Shown: piece after piece, positions 62,460 to 64,000 of the stretch
Numbering within the stretch: position 1 is the stretch's first letter
How the letters are laid out: each line of letters begins with the position of its first letter
Origin: Carcharhinus longimanus
Lineage: Eukaryota
Assembly: GCA_030264375.1 (NCBI GenBank)
Contig: JASCQW010000099.1
Location: 57,108,219-57,172,218 of the forward strand
Direction: 5' to 3'
Length of the DNA: 64,000 bases
The notes under the pieces: model-generated
What the model was told of the DNA's origin: nothing
Databases searched by the model: none
What the model saw: the letters and a program-made list of their open reading frames with translations, nothing else
Program-made: the position numbers and the translations under genes

Positions 62460-64000
62460 TAAAGAGTCATACTGCCAAATCTAGATCCCCAGTTGTCTTA
62501 AGGAATAGAGGTGAAAATCAAACAGAAAAAGAAAGTGCACGATAGGCGCGAAGAACAAAGCATTGCAGCTAGCCTAGATGAATGTAGGAAGTGCAAGGAC
62601 CAAGTAAAAAAGGAAATGAGAACAAAGAGGGCATGAAAAAAGATTAGCAACTAAAGTTCAAGAAAAGCCAAAGACGTATTATCAATATATTAACGGTCAC
62701 ATATTTGTTAATGAAAACGTGGGACCTATCAGTGATCAAGGGAGATTTGCATGGTTGATGCAGATGTAGTAGTCAGCAGGAACACTGAGGTATCGGACAG
62801 GAGAATCAAAGAGAGTAAGTAGTTGAAGGATTGGAATCCTCGGAAGTTGATCGGCCACCATTGCCAGATGGGTGGTTTCCGAGGCTCCTGAAGGTGGTCA
62901 GTGAAGAGATAACAGGCGCTCAGAGAATGATTTTCCACTCCTCACAAAACACAGGGGAGGTACTGGAGGACTGGAGAAATGCAAACATAATTCCATTCTT
63001 TCAAAGGGAATCACAAGAAATACTGAACAATTATAGGTCTGTTAGTCTTACATCAGTAATGGGCAAATTAGTAGAATCAATCAAGTGATAGGATTAACAT
63101 AGGAAGGCACAGATTAATCAGGAAATGGTCAACATGGATTTGTTAAAGGGAGATTTTGCCTCACAAATGTGATTGAATTCTTTGAGAAAATGATAAGAAA
63201 GGTTGATCAATGTATTGTATGCATGGATTAGAGCAAAGTGTTTGTCAAGGTCCCACACGGCAGACAAGTCAAAAATATAAAAGCCCATGGGATACAGGGT
63301 AATGTGGCAAACTGGGTCAAAAGTTGTAAGTAACAGGAATCAAAGGGTAATGGTCAATGGATGTCATTGCAAATGGATACTTGTTTCAAATGGTGTTCCA
63401 TAGAGCTTGGTGTTGGGACCCTTATTGTTTGTGCTATATATTAACAATTTCAACATGAATGCAGAAGACACAATTGGGAAATTTGCAGATGAAACAAAGG
63501 GTGGCCAAGTAATGGTAACGTAGAGGATAGCTATAATCTCCAAAATAATATAGATGGGTTGATGGAGTGAGCATGAAGAGGCAGATGGATTTTAACACAG
63601 AGTTCATGCATTTATGGAGGTCAAACAGTTATAGGGAAAACACAATAAATGGGAATATATTAAGAGGGATAGATGAAGTGAAAGATCTCGGCATATAAGT
63701 GCACAGGTCCCGAAAGGCAGCAGTTCAAGTAGACAAGGTTATAATGAAGGCATATGGAACGCGCTCTTTCATTGGCAGAAGTAAAGAATATAAAAGCAAG
63801 GGAAAAAAGGTTGGAATTGTATAAAGTACCGAGAGGTCACAATTGGATTATTGCGCACAGTTCTGGTCACCACATTACAGAAAGGACGTAATTTTTCTGG
63901 AGAGACAACGCAGAGGTGATTTACAAGAATGTGCCCAGAGCTTGACAAGTGTAACTATGAGGAGATATTGGATAGGGTGGTATTATTTTCCTTGGAACAA
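62460..64000 (+). mobile_element. CR1 ORF2 fragment, decayed, runs off the window
   Basis: EDWRNANIIPFF...NYRSVSLTSVMGKLVESI, QHGFVKGRFCLTN, KFADETK, LDYCAQFWSPHYRKD, with stops and frameshifts. Confidence 0.92.

Noticed and set aside
1-64000. CRISPR arrays, operons or prokaryotic defence systems
   Set aside because: Vertebrate intron-exon DNA with no regularly spaced repeat-spacer array; the short ORFs are TE remnants or noise.

Overview
Eukaryotic, AT-rich, repeat-dense genomic DNA. The repeat families (V-SINE/HE1-like SINEs, CR1, L2, Rex1/Babar, Penelope) suggest a cartilaginous fish, probably a shark; this is inference. The window holds the 5' part of one minus-strand gene that I recognise as TRERF1 (TReP-132, ELM2-SANT/C2H2 family with MIDEAS and ZNF541). 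Nine coding exons can be read with canonical GT-AG sites and consistent phases: 41103-39721, 27417-27371, 25289-25145, 19733-19512, 14058-13695, 12297-12237, 6787-6648, 2798-2695 and 1182-1107. Together they give 2542 nt (847 codons plus 1 nt) covering the Q-rich N-terminus, an LRQLL NR box, a C2H2 finger, the YTPPPMLSP motif and the ELM2 domain. The SANT and later exons lie left of position 1. The rest is intron or upstream DNA filled with decayed transposons. The most unusual items are Penelope-borne minimal hammerhead ribozyme motifs on the TRERF1 sense strand, two abutting perfect palindromes at 14882-14916, and a 1.3 kb/0.93 kb tandem duplication shaped like a terminal exon. I found no convincing new multi-gene system. 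Repeat boundaries are approximate, and family names and human comparisons come from recalled sequences, not searches.
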